A DNA stretch of 64,000 nt from an uncultured Candidatus Saccharibacteria bacterium (GTDB lineage Bacteria > Patescibacteriota > WWE3 > 2-01-FULL-39-13). The stretch lies in NCBI GenBank assembly GCA_965230915.1, contig OZ246395.1, positions 204,019 through 268,018 on the forward strand, read 5' to 3'. This document shows positions 1 through 10,476 of this stretch, piece by piece. Each line of letters starts with the position of its first letter. Position 1 is the stretch's first letter. The notes beneath the pieces were generated by a model that made no database searches, was not told the DNA's origin, and saw only the letters and a program-made list of their open reading frames with translations. The translations under genes were made by a program, and so were the position numbers.

Positions 1-1
1 A

Positions 2-3000
2 GAAAAACTCGAGGTATTTAATGCTGGAGAGGTTTACGCAAGAGTAACAAACACCCAATCAACCGGAGCTGCAGGAATCAACTTATCATCAGGTACGGCA
101 TATAGCTTGATATTCACCAATTCACAGAGCCAGACTAGCTACGGCGGTGTTAACTCGCTAAACCTATACGGTGGTCCAAGTTCTCCGATAGCATTTTTGG
201 TAAATGATAATCCGGTACCTGCAATGACAATTAACACATCAGGAAGAGTCGGAATTGGAACAACCAATCCAGGACTCTTCACATTGGGCGTAGGCGGAAG
301 TGCAAACTTTGGAAACTTAGCTATCGGTGGATTATTGCTAAATACAAATTCAAGTGCAACATCTGGTGCAACATTAGTAGGTCTAAATGATAACTCTTTA
401 ACCTACATCTCAAGTAACACAAACGTTCAGTCAGCTATCGAGCAATTAGACGCAGCCATCGTAGGTGTAGCTGCTTCTGGCGGACTTTGGACCGATGGCG
501 GTACAACAACATACTTAAATTCATTAACAGATAATATTGGGATCGGATACACAGCAACAAACTACAAATTAGGCGTAAATGGAACAGCTGCAGTCTTGAA
601 CTTAGTACTTGGCGGAACTCAAATCACCTCAAGTGCTACAGAATTAAACAAATTAACAGGCGCTACATTATCTACAACAGAACTTAACTACTTAACCGGA
701 ACAACAGTTACAAACGGTGGAGTATTATTCGGCGACGGATCAAAGATCACAAATGATGCTGCAAGCTTCTACTTTGATAATACAAATGACAGATTAGGTT
801 TGGGAACTACAGCTCCATCACAAAGATTCCAGGTAAATACAAATGGTTCTGCATTCGTAGTAACAAGCACAGGTAACGTAGGGGTAGGAACAACTTCTCC
901 TCTTGCAAACTTTGATACAAATGGAACAGCATGGTTAAGAGGTAACACCGCTGCAGTATCTGGTTTATACGTAAATACATCAGGAAACGTTGCAATCGGA
1001 GGAACAGCAGCATCAAATGCTCCATTCTTCTTTAACAACACAAGCGGATTCACAACTAACTTAAGTTCAGCAACAGCATTAACAGTTGGTGCATCAGGAA
1101 CAGCTCAAGCTACATTCGATACAACACTTGGAGCATCAACAGATATGTTCAAACTAAATGTTCCATCAGGATCAACTGTCGGAAATATCTTCGCTATCTA
1201 TGATAACGGCTCTCCGGTATTTAAGGTTTCGCAAAACCAGATTGAGTCAGCAGTTCCACATACATTTACAGCTGCAGGTGATGTTTCGATGGCATATGAT
1301 CTAAACTTCACAAACCCAACAGCTGCATATGTAAACTTTGACGGTCCTGGATATATCAGAACAAATAACCCAAGCGGTAACCACAACTTAACCTTCAGTG
1401 CAGCAAATAGTGGAGTAGTTTACGTAGACGACAACTTCACAGTATCTGGAACACAACAGACATATACAAATGCAACGGCATTAGACTTGGCTGCATCAAC
1501 AACAGCTCTAAATATCGAAGCCGGCCTTCTAAATCTTGATACAACAAACTCGAGAGTTGGAATCGGAACAACAGCTCCAGAAAGCAAATTAACCGTAGCT
1601 GGTAGTGCAACAATAGGCGCAGCTTACACAGGAGTTGGTATTTCTGCTCCATCAAATGGACTATTAGTACAAGGTAATACAGGAATCGGATCATCAGCTC
1701 CAAATGCTTTATTAAGCGTTGGTGCTACAAACCAATTCAATGTAAATTCATCAGGCAACATAACAAGAATCGGCGGAGTTAACCATAATGTTTCAAATAG
1801 CTCCGGAAACTTATTACTACAATCAAACGGCGAATTAGTATTCGATGATTCATCAGTATCTACAACAATTCAATTAAGCGACACAGATACAACATTGCCA
1901 GCCGGAAACATCGGTATCATCGATGCAATAAACGACGCATATAACGCAGCGGTATCGGCAGGTGGAGTTTGGACAGATGGTGGTACAACAACATACTTAA
2001 CATCATTAACAGATAACGTCGGTATCGGATTAACTGCTACAAACTACAAACTTGCAGTTTCAGGAACAGCAGCATTCAGCAACCTAGTATTAGGTGGAGC
2101 TCAAGTAACATCAACAGCTGCACAATTAAACTTCTTAACCGGAACAACAGTATCAACAGGCGGAATATTATTCGGTGACGGATCAAAGATCACAAATGAT
2201 CAAGCTAACTTCTTCTGGGATAACACATCAAAGAAACTTGGAATCGGAACAACAGCTCCAGAAAGTTACTTAACAATCAGAAATAATGCACAAATCGGAT
2301 ACACAGGTATCGGTAGATCTGCTCCGGTATTCGGATTATTAGTACAAGGTAACGTCGGTATCGGTATGACTAACCCAGGCGGTTACAACTTAAATGTCGG
2401 CGGATCAGCAAACTTCACAAACTTATTTGTCGGAAATGTTAATATCGGAAGTACTCAGCCAACAGGCTCTGGTGCAACATTAATTGGAACATATGATGAA
2501 TTTGCAAATTCAAACAGCACCAATGTTCAAGATGTATTAGATGACCTTGATTCAGCTATATCTGGTGCATCACATAACGCAGTAACTTTGGCGGGATCAT
2601 ATAATTATTTAACAATTGACGGATCACAGGTAATAACTTTAGGCGCAATTGACTTAGCTACAGGTACTGGAGATGTAACCGGATTATTAGGAGTTACCAA
2701 TGGTGGTCTGGGCGCAAATGTAACAGCAGTTGGCGCTGGTGAAATTCTATATTCAACTTCTTCAAGCGCATATGATTCATTAGCAGCTGGAAATAGCGGT
2801 CAAATCTTAACATCTGGCGGAGCAGGTTCGCCAAGCTGGAGTAACGTCACAACATTAATCTCAGCCGGTGATGACATCGATGTAACTGGAACTACAACAG
2901 CTACGGTAGCTTTAGAAGATGATGTCGACTTATCGGTATTAAGAGCAAGCTCAGTAGCAGGTCTTAAATTATTCGACGACGGAAGCAACCTTGGAATATT

Positions 3001-6000
3001 TATACAAGACGGTGGAAATGTCGGTATCGGAACTTCATCGCCAACAGCTCAATTGAGTCTAGGTTCTACAGGCTACACATTCGCAACAAGCGGATTGTCA
3101 TTCGGCGACGGAGACACAGGATTCTTTGAAAGCGCAGATGACAGATTGAACTTACAAACAGGTGGTTCAATAAGATTCACAGTTGACTCAAATGGAAGAA
3201 TTGGAATCGGAACAACCGCTCCGGAGTCTCCATTATCATTGGCAGGTGGAGCAACAATCGGATCAGGCTACACAGGTACAGGAGTTTCAGCTCCAACAAA
3301 CGGATTATTAGTACAAGGTAAAGTTGGAATCGGAACAACCAATCCAGCTTATGATTTAGATGTGATTTCAACAGGATCACCGACCTTCAGAATCGCAACA
3401 ACATCTAGCTCTAATAACCCTGCAACACTAGTATTGCGTGGATATCAATCAACCGATAATGCATTAATTAATGAAATTCAATTTAGAACAAATAATGGTG
3501 GTTCGATTACTTCATCGATTCAGAACCTAAAGGGATCAGGTAGCGGAGATGGATACTTAACATTCTCAACTGGAACCAGCGGAACTTTAACTACAAGAAT
3601 GCAAATTTCACAAGGTGGAAACGTAGGAATCGGAACAACTGTTCCTGGATCATTATTATCAGTTGCATCAAATGCAGCAATCGGTGCTCTATATTCAAGA
3701 TATAGTGCTCCATCAAACGGATTAATCGTACAAGGCGCTGTAGGAATCGGAAATAGCAACCCAGGAGCATTCGCATTAGGTGTAACTGGTGGAATAAATG
3801 TTTCAGACGACTTCTATGTAAACTCAGTTGGACTAAATGACAATGCAAGTTCGGCATCAGGCGCTTCATTGGTAGGACTTTGGGATGATAGCATGACTTA
3901 TATTTCTGCAAATACAAATGTTCAAAGTGCTATCAAACAATTAGACTCAGCAATCTTATCTGGAGTAATTTCCGGAACCGACAATAGAATCGCAAGATTT
4001 AATGCTGCTGGAAACAACGTAGAAAACTCATCACTAAACGATAACTATACAGGTGGAGTCGCATTAACAATCGACGGCGAAGGTGACATCGGAATCGGAG
4101 TAACAGCTTCAATTTACAAATTAAATGTTTCAGGAAGCTTGAATACAACATCTCTATACATAAACGGTACACAGGTAACTTCAGATGCTGCTGAATTAAA
4201 TATCTTAGATGGAGTAACCTCAAATGCTACAGAGCTTAACTACTTAGACGGCGCAAGTGCAAACAACGGTGGCTTAGTATTTGGAAATGGAACCAACCTA
4301 ACTCAAGATTCAGCAAACTTATTCTGGAACGACTCAACAAATAGATTAGGTATCGGAACAACAGCTCCAGCTAGCGCATTATCAGTAGCTGCTGGTGGAA
4401 CATTCGGTTCAGGATATTCAGCATTTGCAGCTCCGACAAACGGATTACTAGTACAGGGCAACGTCGGAATCGGTTCTACTAACCCAGCATTCAAACTTGA
4501 TGTAAACGGAGCTGGAAGAGCGAACAGTTTCTTGACAGGTGCATTGGTATTATCAAACTCAGACGCAAGCTTATTAACAGGTAAAGCAGGTCTTAATGGA
4601 TTCTCGGCATTTAACGGTGGAATTGGAACTGGCGGAAAAGACAGCCTATTGGCTCTTCAAAGAATCACCTCGTCAGGAAACTTAGTAAATATCGGATCAA
4701 TTAAGGCTGGCGAGACTTTATTAACCAGCGGTGGAACATTCGCAGCAAAAGTCGACTATGCCACCGATACAAACCCATGGTTTATGTCGAAGGGCGATGT
4801 AAATGGTGATGGTTTTATTGATATTGTTAGCGCTAACTATAGTGGTGACTCAGTATCAGTCTTAATAAACGATGGTGATGGAACATTTGCAAGTAATGCT
4901 GATTATACAACTGACACAGGTCCAGTAAGTGTTGCCGTCGGAGATATGAACGGTGATGGTTTTGCCGACCTTGCTTCGGCTAATCAAACAAATGATACGA
5001 TGTCGGTATTTATAAATGATGGTGATGGAACATTTGCAGCTAAAGTTGATTATGCTACCGGTGATAATCCATGGGATTTAGATATCGCAGATGTAAACAA
5101 CGATGGTATAGCCGACATCGCAGTTGTAAACCAGACCGCAGATACGGTTTCAGTATTCATCAATAATGGAAACGGAACATTTGCAGCTAAGGTAGATTAC
5201 TCGGTAGATACAACTCCTGAAGGTGTTGTAATCACTGATGTAAATGGTGACGGATATGCAGATATTGCAACTGGTAATTCATCAGGTCTATCTGCAACTG
5301 TTTTATTAAATGATAGAGACGGAACATTTAGTAATAGAGCTGACTATAACACAGTATCAAATGGCCCTAACGATATTAAAGCCGGCGATATGAATGGCGA
5401 TGGCAAGGTTGACTTGGTTGTTTCATATAATATTTATATCGGAATCTTTATGAATAATGGCGACGGAACATTTGCTTCGGTTGCTACATACTCTTCAAAC
5501 GGAAACTTCCCATCATCGGTAGAACTGGGCGATATTAATGGCGATGGCATGTTAGATGTTTCTACAACTAACTATATGGACGATGAATTGGCTTTATTAA
5601 CAAACGATGGCGATGGAACATTAACTGTCGCATCAGAAATAACGGCTGGCGACGAGCCACTCTCATCAGTAATAGCTGACTTTAATAATGACGGCAAAGC
5701 TGATATTGCAACTGTGAACTGGGGAGATTCAGATGTTTCGGTATTCATTAACCAACCTACAACAATGTTCTATGCAAATGCATCTAACGGTAGAGTCGGA
5801 ATTGGAACAACCGCAACTGACTTCCAATTAACTCTAGGTGGAAGTTTGGGCCCAAGCATTAACGATACTTATGATTTAGGATCCGACTCAAAGAGATTCA
5901 GAGATTTATACTTAGGCCCAGATACATTGCATATCGGTACTTCAACATCTGATGAATATGCAATCGGATACGACACAACAAACAATAGATTAGGATTCAA

Positions 6001-9000
6001 CGTAAACGGATCTGGAAATGCAGAAATCGTATTTGATTCAAACGGAAACGTCGGAATTGGAACAACTAACCCAGGTGCGTATGCATTAGGAGTAGGCGGA
6101 ACAGGCAACTTTGCTGGACTTGCAATTAGAGGATTAGATATCTCAACAAACTCATCAGCAACATCTGGAGCAACTTTGATCGGATTAAATGACGATACAA
6201 TGACCTACATATCTGCAAATACAAGTGTTCAAAGTGCTATCAAGCAATTAGATACAGCTATTGGTGCAGTTGCTGCAACAGCTGGAGTAACATCTATAAC
6301 TGGTACAGCAAATCAAATAGCTGCTTCGGCTTCAACAGGGGCTATAACTCTAAGCTTGCCATCAACATTAATCGCTCCAGGAACATTCCAATCACTAGGT
6401 AATATAACCTTTGGTGATGCGTCGGGAGACAGCGTGACATCAAATGCTGCAAGTTGGACATTTGCAAATGATACAAATGTAACTTTATCTGGCGGAGTAG
6501 CAGGTCTAAGTTTTGATACAAGCACACTATCTATTGATTCCACAAATGACAGAGTTGGAATTGGAACAACCGGACCACAAGGCCTACTTTCAGTCGCAGG
6601 CAATGCAATCATTGGACAAGGAATAACAGCTGGTACGACACAGCTATATATCGGATCAACGGTTGGCGTTTCAGATAAGGCTTTGTTAATTGAATATGAC
6701 AACACCAATAATGCTGCCAGACTTAGAATAGCCGGAGACAGCAGCCCGCTTGGCTTGAGTGTCCATGATGGCGGAAATGTAGGTATAGGTGTAACAGCTG
6801 CAAACAGTTTATTACATATTTCCGGTGTGTCTAATCAGTTTAATATTCAACAATCAAATGCAACAAACGCTAACTCAAGAATTATGCTTTCAGATTCGGC
6901 AAACACATTGCTAGGAGTATTAGAAACTGGAAAAGGTAGCCATAGACATACCTTTGCTGACGGTTCAGTATTCGCTAGTGGGTACTTAGCTTTATACAAT
7001 GTTCAGGCTCAACCTCTATTATTCGGTACTAACGATACAATTAGAATGACTCTTGATTCATCCGGCAATCTTGGTGTCGGAACAACAAATCCAAGAAGTT
7101 TATTATCAGTAGCAGGTGGAGGACAATTCGGTTCAGGTTACGCAGGTATGGGTGCATCAGCTCCAACAAACGGATTGCTTGTCGAAGGCAATACAGGTAT
7201 CGGAACAACTGCTCCAACATTCAAACTTGATGTGGTAAGTTCAACAACCGCAGGCGGATTCCAATTAACAGCTGATTCAGTAACTACTGGAATAGGTTCA
7301 AACTTCAGCTTTGATGGATTAACAACCGGAACAGGTCTAAACATTGCTTCAACATCAACAGCACTAACAACTGGTACATTAGGAAGCTTCGACTGGTCAC
7401 CAACAAGCACAACTTCTGCGACCGGTGATCTATTCAAACTAAATGTAGGTGCAAATGGATCAATCGGAAATGTATTTGCTGCTTACGACAACAGCTCATT
7501 GTTATTCAGAATCTCACAGACTCAAATCGAATCAGCTGTTCCACACTTGTTCAGCTCTACCGGAGATGTCTCTATCGCAAACGATTTAGTAATGACAAAT
7601 CAAACAGCATCATTCATAAATTCATATGGTCCATTAACAGTTACAAGTGGAGAATCGTTTGAAAACTTACCATTAACTCTAAAGACATACGGAACAGGAA
7701 GCTTGTTATTAGACGTTCCAGGTGGAGTAGATTTGAACCAATCACAGAATTGGACGCTTGCTACAGGTACAGCTGCACTAAATATAGGTAATGGATTGTT
7801 TAACCTAGACACGACAAATAGCTATATCGGAGTTGGAACAACTGCTCCTAGTGCTTACTTCCACGGTGGAACAAATAGAGTTTTAGAAATACAAAATCCA
7901 GGAACAGCAACTAACAGCCAAGCACACTTAATACTAAGTACTGGTGCAACAACTAACTTTGGATCAGTCGGAAGTTTATCTTGGATGACTCCTAATTCAT
8001 CATCAAATAAAGGCGTTGCTTATATCTCAGCTACGACAACACTTTCTGCAGCAACCAATGCTAGCGGTGCTCTTATATTTGCAACAGCAAATGCTGCTAA
8101 TCCATCAGAAAGAATGAGAATACTACCAAACGGAAATGTCGGAATTGGTACTACTGGTTCTCAGACTGTAAGGTTATTTGCTTCAACTGATGTAGCTGGA
8201 TATGCCGCATATTTCTTCAATGATGGTAATGCAACAACTAGAGCAGGTATTGGAATCCAGGGTGGTCTTGATAGTACCGCTGGTCAAACTAAATTAATTA
8301 CTTTCTTTGACGGAGATGGAACCGAAGTTGGAGATATTTCAAACAATAACGGTACAGTTTCATTAACCGCTTTCACGGGATCTCACTTGGTATCTTTACC
8401 ACAATCAGATAATGCAAATGGTTACTCATACGGAACCCTAGTTTGTTTAACAAAGACAACAACTCCTGATAACACTTATCAGCCAGTATATGAAGCTAAG
8501 AAATGTTCAGATCCATATTCATCTAGCGTATTCGGTGCATATGCATATAAAGATACAACCAAGTCAAATGTCCACGGATTATATTCTGTTGGAGATGGTC
8601 ATGTCTTGGTAACAACTGAAAACGGAGAAATTAACATCGGCGATAGAATCGTAACTTCTGGCTTAGCAGGATATGGAATGAAAGCTACAGAATCTGGAAC
8701 AATCGTCGCGGTAGCAACCGGTGATTGGGCTGACATAGAAGACAAGACAACCGTAACATTGCCAGATGGAAGACAAGTTGAAGCTGGTTTAATTCCAGTT
8801 TCATATTATCCAGGTGTTTACTACACAATCCCTGGCGACTTACCAACACTAGCTGACTTAGGCTTAGAAAGTGGAGATAAATTAACCCTAGATACCGAAG
8901 ACGGATCAGACACATTCTTTACACACGATTCTGGTCTAAACAAATTAGATCTATCAGTAGACGGGGTTAACGCTTTCAGCTTCTCAGCAAATGGAAGTTC

Positions 9001-10351
9001 AAGCAACGGATATGTAGCTACACCATTATCAGAATTAGCAGAAAGTTATCCGACGAACGATGTATCTCTAGAACCAGGAGACGTAGTAGTACTTGATAAG
9101 CCAACCGAAGAAGAAGCCGCAGATACAAGCAAATACTTGGTATCTAAATCAAACGGTGAAAATAAAGGCGCAGTATTAGGTATTGTTTCAAGCAAACCTG
9201 GAATATTATTAAGCGGCGGCGAATTTAAAGCACAAATCTGTAGCGCAGTAGAAGCAAACGAAGAAGATGCAAAACAAAGCTTAATAACAAAAGAAATACG
9301 AACATTAGCAGAAAAGACAGTCGATGCACAAATTGCAGCTGCAGCAGAAAACGGCGAAGACATATCAGCTGATAGAGACGAAATGATCGAAGATGCAGTC
9401 GCCGATTTAACAGCTCAATATGACAACGGCGAAGCAGTATTAGACCTTGGAACATTCGCATCTATAGAAGATCAAATTTCGTCATGCAAGTCTACAAAAC
9501 AGGTCGAAGTTGCAATATCAGGAAGAGCTCCAGTCAAATACGACAACAGCAACGGAGAAATTGAAGCAGGTGACTTACTTGCAGTATCAGAAGTCGAGCC
9601 AGGAAAAGTAATCAAAGCAACCGAAAAAGGTTGGGTGATCGGTCGTGCATTAGAAGACGCAACTGAAAACACCGGAATCATAATGGCAGCTGTTAATTTA
9701 ACCTGGTTCTCAGGTGACGAAGAAGCATTAGTCTTCGATACAACAGAACCTACAGACCTTGAATCACTAGAAGATATATTAGAAATCCAAGATACAGAAG
9801 ATGGCGGAAAGAGAGCAGTATTCTTCAGTGATATGAATGTAACCGGAAACGTAACAGCAGAATCATTTAGCACATTAGGTGAAATTACAGCAGGATTCTT
9901 AGTAATCGATGGTGAAAACGATTCAATCAACGTATTAGGCGGAGGAGATCTAAAACTTCAAACAGATATTAACCCTGGAAATATCGATGCATTCAATGGC
10001 GCAATCGTAATGACACCAGAAGGTGGATTAATTGCTAAAGCTGAAATCACAGCAGACACAATTGTAGCTAGAAAGGTTGCAGTCTTAGGAGAAGAAACAG
10101 TCGCACAACAAGCAGTTAGTGCAGACGGATCAACAATAGGTGAGGGTACATTAGGAACAGGATTACTAGAAGTGACAATAACAAACGCAAACGTAAAGGC
10201 TAACTCAAAGATCTTTATAACACCAACTACATCAACAGGTGGTAAAGCTCTAATCGTTAAGTCAAAAGCTGATGGATCATTCGTAGTATCAATAGATTCT
10301 GCACACAACGCAGATGTGAGTTTCGACTACTGGATAGTCGACGTTCGATAA
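2..10351 (+). CDS. Giant (>3400 aa, 5'-truncated) beta-repeat surface/fibre protein with many GNVGIGTTxP repeats, a 7-bladed FG-GAP/VCBS propeller (~4740-5755) and two C-terminal peptidase-G2/intramolecular-chaperone-like domains
   Basis: Frame is open from base 2 (EKLEVFNAGEVYARV...), so the true start lies upstream of the window. Dozens of G(N/R)VGIGTT motifs; 7 repeats of DxNxDGxxD...NxGDGTF; C-terminal GEIxxGDxxxxS...G...KAT motifs twice. Confidence 0.85.
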   Translation, partial: EKLEVFNAGEVYARVTNTQSTGAAGINLSSGTAYSLIFTNSQSQTSYGGVNSLNLYGGPSSPIAFLVNDNPVPAMTINTSGRVGIGTTNPGLFTLGVGGSANFGNLAIGGLLLNTNSSATSGATLVGLNDNSLTYISSNTNVQSAIEQLDAAIVGVAASGGLWTDGGTTTYLNSLTDNIGIGYTATNYKLGVNGTAAVLNLVLGGTQITSSATELNKLTGATLSTTELNYLTGTTVTNGGVLFGDGSKITNDAASFYFDNTNDRLGLGTTAPSQRFQVNTNGSAFVVTSTGNVGVGTTSPLANFDTNGTAWLRGNTAAVSGLYVNTSGNVAIGGTAASNAPFFFNNTSGFTTNLSSATALTVGASGTAQATFDTTLGASTDMFKLNVPSGSTVGNIFAIYDNGSPVFKVSQNQIESAVPHTFTAAGDVSMAYDLNFTNPTAAYVNFDGPGYIRTNNPSGNHNLTFSAANSGVVYVDDNFTVSGTQQTYTNATALDLAASTTALNIEAGLLNLDTTNSRVGIGTTAPESKLTVAGSATIGAAYTGVGISAPSNGLLVQGNTGIGSSAPNALLSVGATNQFNVNSSGNITRIGGVNHNVSNSSGNLLLQSNGELVFDDSSVSTTIQLSDTDTTLPAGNIGIIDAINDAYNAAVSAGGVWTDGGTTTYLTSLTDNVGIGLTATNYKLAVSGTAAFSNLVLGGAQVTSTAAQLNFLTGTTVSTGGILFGDGSKITNDQANFFWDNTSKKLGIGTTAPESYLTIRNNAQIGYTGIGRSAPVFGLLVQGNVGIGMTNPGGYNLNVGGSANFTNLFVGNVNIGSTQPTGSGATLIGTYDEFANSNSTNVQDVLDDLDSAISGASHNAVTLAGSYNYLTIDGSQVITLGAIDLATGTGDVTGLLGVTNGGLGANVTAVGAGEILYSTSSSAYDSLAAGNSGQILTSGGAGSPSWSNVTTLISAGDDIDVTGTTTATVALEDDVDLSVLRASSVAGLKLFDDGSNLGIFIQDGGNVGIGTSSPTAQLSLGSTGYTFATSGLSFGDGDTGFFESADDRLNLQTGGSIRFTVDSNGRIGIGTTAPESPLSLAGGATIGSGYTGTGVSAPTNGLLVQGKVGIGTTNPAYDLDVISTGSPTFRIATTSSSNNPATLVLRGYQSTDNALINEIQFRTNNGGSITSSIQNLKGSGSGDGYLTFSTGTSGTLTTRMQISQGGNVGIGTTVPGSLLSVASNAAIGALYSRYSAPSNGLIVQGAVGIGNSNPGAFALGVTGGINVSDDFYVNSVGLNDNASSASGASLVGLWDDSMTYISANTNVQSAIKQLDSAILSGVISGTDNRIARFNAAGNNVENSSLNDNYTGGVALTIDGEGDIGIGVTASIYKLNVSGSLNTTSLYINGTQVTSDAAELNILDGVTSNATELNYLDGASANNGGLVFGNGTNLTQDSANLFWNDSTNRLGIGTTAPASALSVAAGGTFGSGYSAFAAPTNGLLVQGNVGIGSTNPAFKLDVNGAGRANSFLTGALVLSNSDASLLTGKAGLNGFSAFNGGIGTGGKDSLLALQRITSSGNLVNIGSIKAGETLLTSGGTFAAKVDYATDTNPWFMSKGDVNGDGFIDIVSANYSGDSVSVLINDGDGTFASNADYTTDTGPVSVAVGDMNGDGFADLASANQTNDTMSVFINDGDGTFAAKVDYATGDNPWDLDIADVNNDGIADIAVVNQTADTVSVFINNGNGTFAAKVDYSVDTTPEGVVITDVNGDGYADIATGNSSGLSATVLLNDRDGTFSNRADYNTVSNGPNDIKAGDMNGDGKVDLVVSYNIYIGIFMNNGDGTFASVATYSSNGNFPSSVELGDINGDGMLDVSTTNYMDDELALLTNDGDGTLTVASEITAGDEPLSSVIADFNNDGKADIATVNWGDSDVSVFINQPTTMFYANASNGRVGIGTTATDFQLTLGGSLGPSINDTYDLGSDSKRFRDLYLGPDTLHIGTSTSDEYAIGYDTTNNRLGFNVNGSGNAEIVFDSNGNVGIGTTNPGAYALGVGGTGNFAGLAIRGLDISTNSSATSGATLIGLNDDTMTYISANTSVQSAIKQLDTAIGAVAATAGVTSITGTANQIAASASTGAITLSLPSTLIAPGTFQSLGNITFGDASGDSVTSNAASWTFANDTNVTLSGGVAGLSFDTSTLSIDSTNDRVGIGTTGPQGLLSVAGNAIIGQGITAGTTQLYIGSTVGVSDKALLIEYDNTNNAARLRIAGDSSPLGLSVHDGGNVGIGVTAANSLLHISGVSNQFNIQQSNATNANSRIMLSDSANTLLGVLETGKGSHRHTFADGSVFASGYLALYNVQAQPLLFGTNDTIRMTLDSSGNLGVGTTNPRSLLSVAGGGQFGSGYAGMGASAPTNGLLVEGNTGIGTTAPTFKLDVVSSTTAGGFQLTADSVTTGIGSNFSFDGLTTGTGLNIASTSTALTTGTLGSFDWSPTSTTSATGDLFKLNVGANGSIGNVFAAYDNSSLLFRISQTQIESAVPHLFSSTGDVSIANDLVMTNQTASFINSYGPLTVTSGESFENLPLTLKTYGTGSLLLDVPGGVDLNQSQNWTLATGTAALNIGNGLFNLDTTNSYIGVGTTAPSAYFHGGTNRVLEIQNPGTATNSQAHLILSTGATTNFGSVGSLSWMTPNSSSNKGVAYISATTTLSAATNASGALIFATANAANPSERMRILPNGNVGIGTTGSQTVRLFASTDVAGYAAYFFNDGNATTRAGIGIQGGLDSTAGQTKLITFFDGDGTEVGDISNNNGTVSLTAFTGSHLVSLPQSDNANGYSYGTLVCLTKTTTPDNTYQPVYEAKKCSDPYSSSVFGAYAYKDTTKSNVHGLYSVGDGHVLVTTENGEINIGDRIVTSGLAGYGMKATESGTIVAVATGDWADIEDKTTVTLPDGRQVEAGLIPVSYYPGVYYTIPGDLPTLADLGLESGDKLTLDTEDGSDTFFTHDSGLNKLDLSVDGVNAFSFSANGSSSNGYVATPLSELAESYPTNDVSLEPGDVVVLDKPTEEEAADTSKYLVSKSNGENKGAVLGIVSSKPGILLSGGEFKAQICSAVEANEEDAKQSLITKEIRTLAEKTVDAQIAAAAENGEDISADRDEMIEDAVADLTAQYDNGEAVLDLGTFASIEDQISSCKSTKQVEVAISGRAPVKYDNSNGEIEAGDLLAVSEVEPGKVIKATEKGWVIGRALEDATENTGIIMAAVNLTWFSGDEEALVFDTTEPTDLESLEDILEIQDTEDGGKRAVFFSDMNVTGNVTAESFSTLGEITAGFLVIDGENDSINVLGGGDLKLQTDINPGNIDAFNGAIVMTPEGGLIAKAEITADTIVARKVAVLGEETVAQQAVSADGSTIGEGTLGTGLLEVTITNANVKANSKIFITPTTSTGGKALIVKSKADGSFVVSIDSAHNADVSFDYWIVDVR

Positions 10352-10476
10352 AAATGTACCTATGGTATTAATGGTCTCGTGAGACGGCCCATTACAATGG
10401 GTTTTTCGTGAGCCTTTTAATGCTATATAGCATTAAGTTCGTAGCACATTTCGCACATTAGTTTTTAAATGTTTGA

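Noticed and set aside
250-8160. ggaatcggaacaac repeats as a CRISPR array
   Set aside because: In-frame coding repeats with irregular spacing of tens to hundreds of bases; no cas genes.
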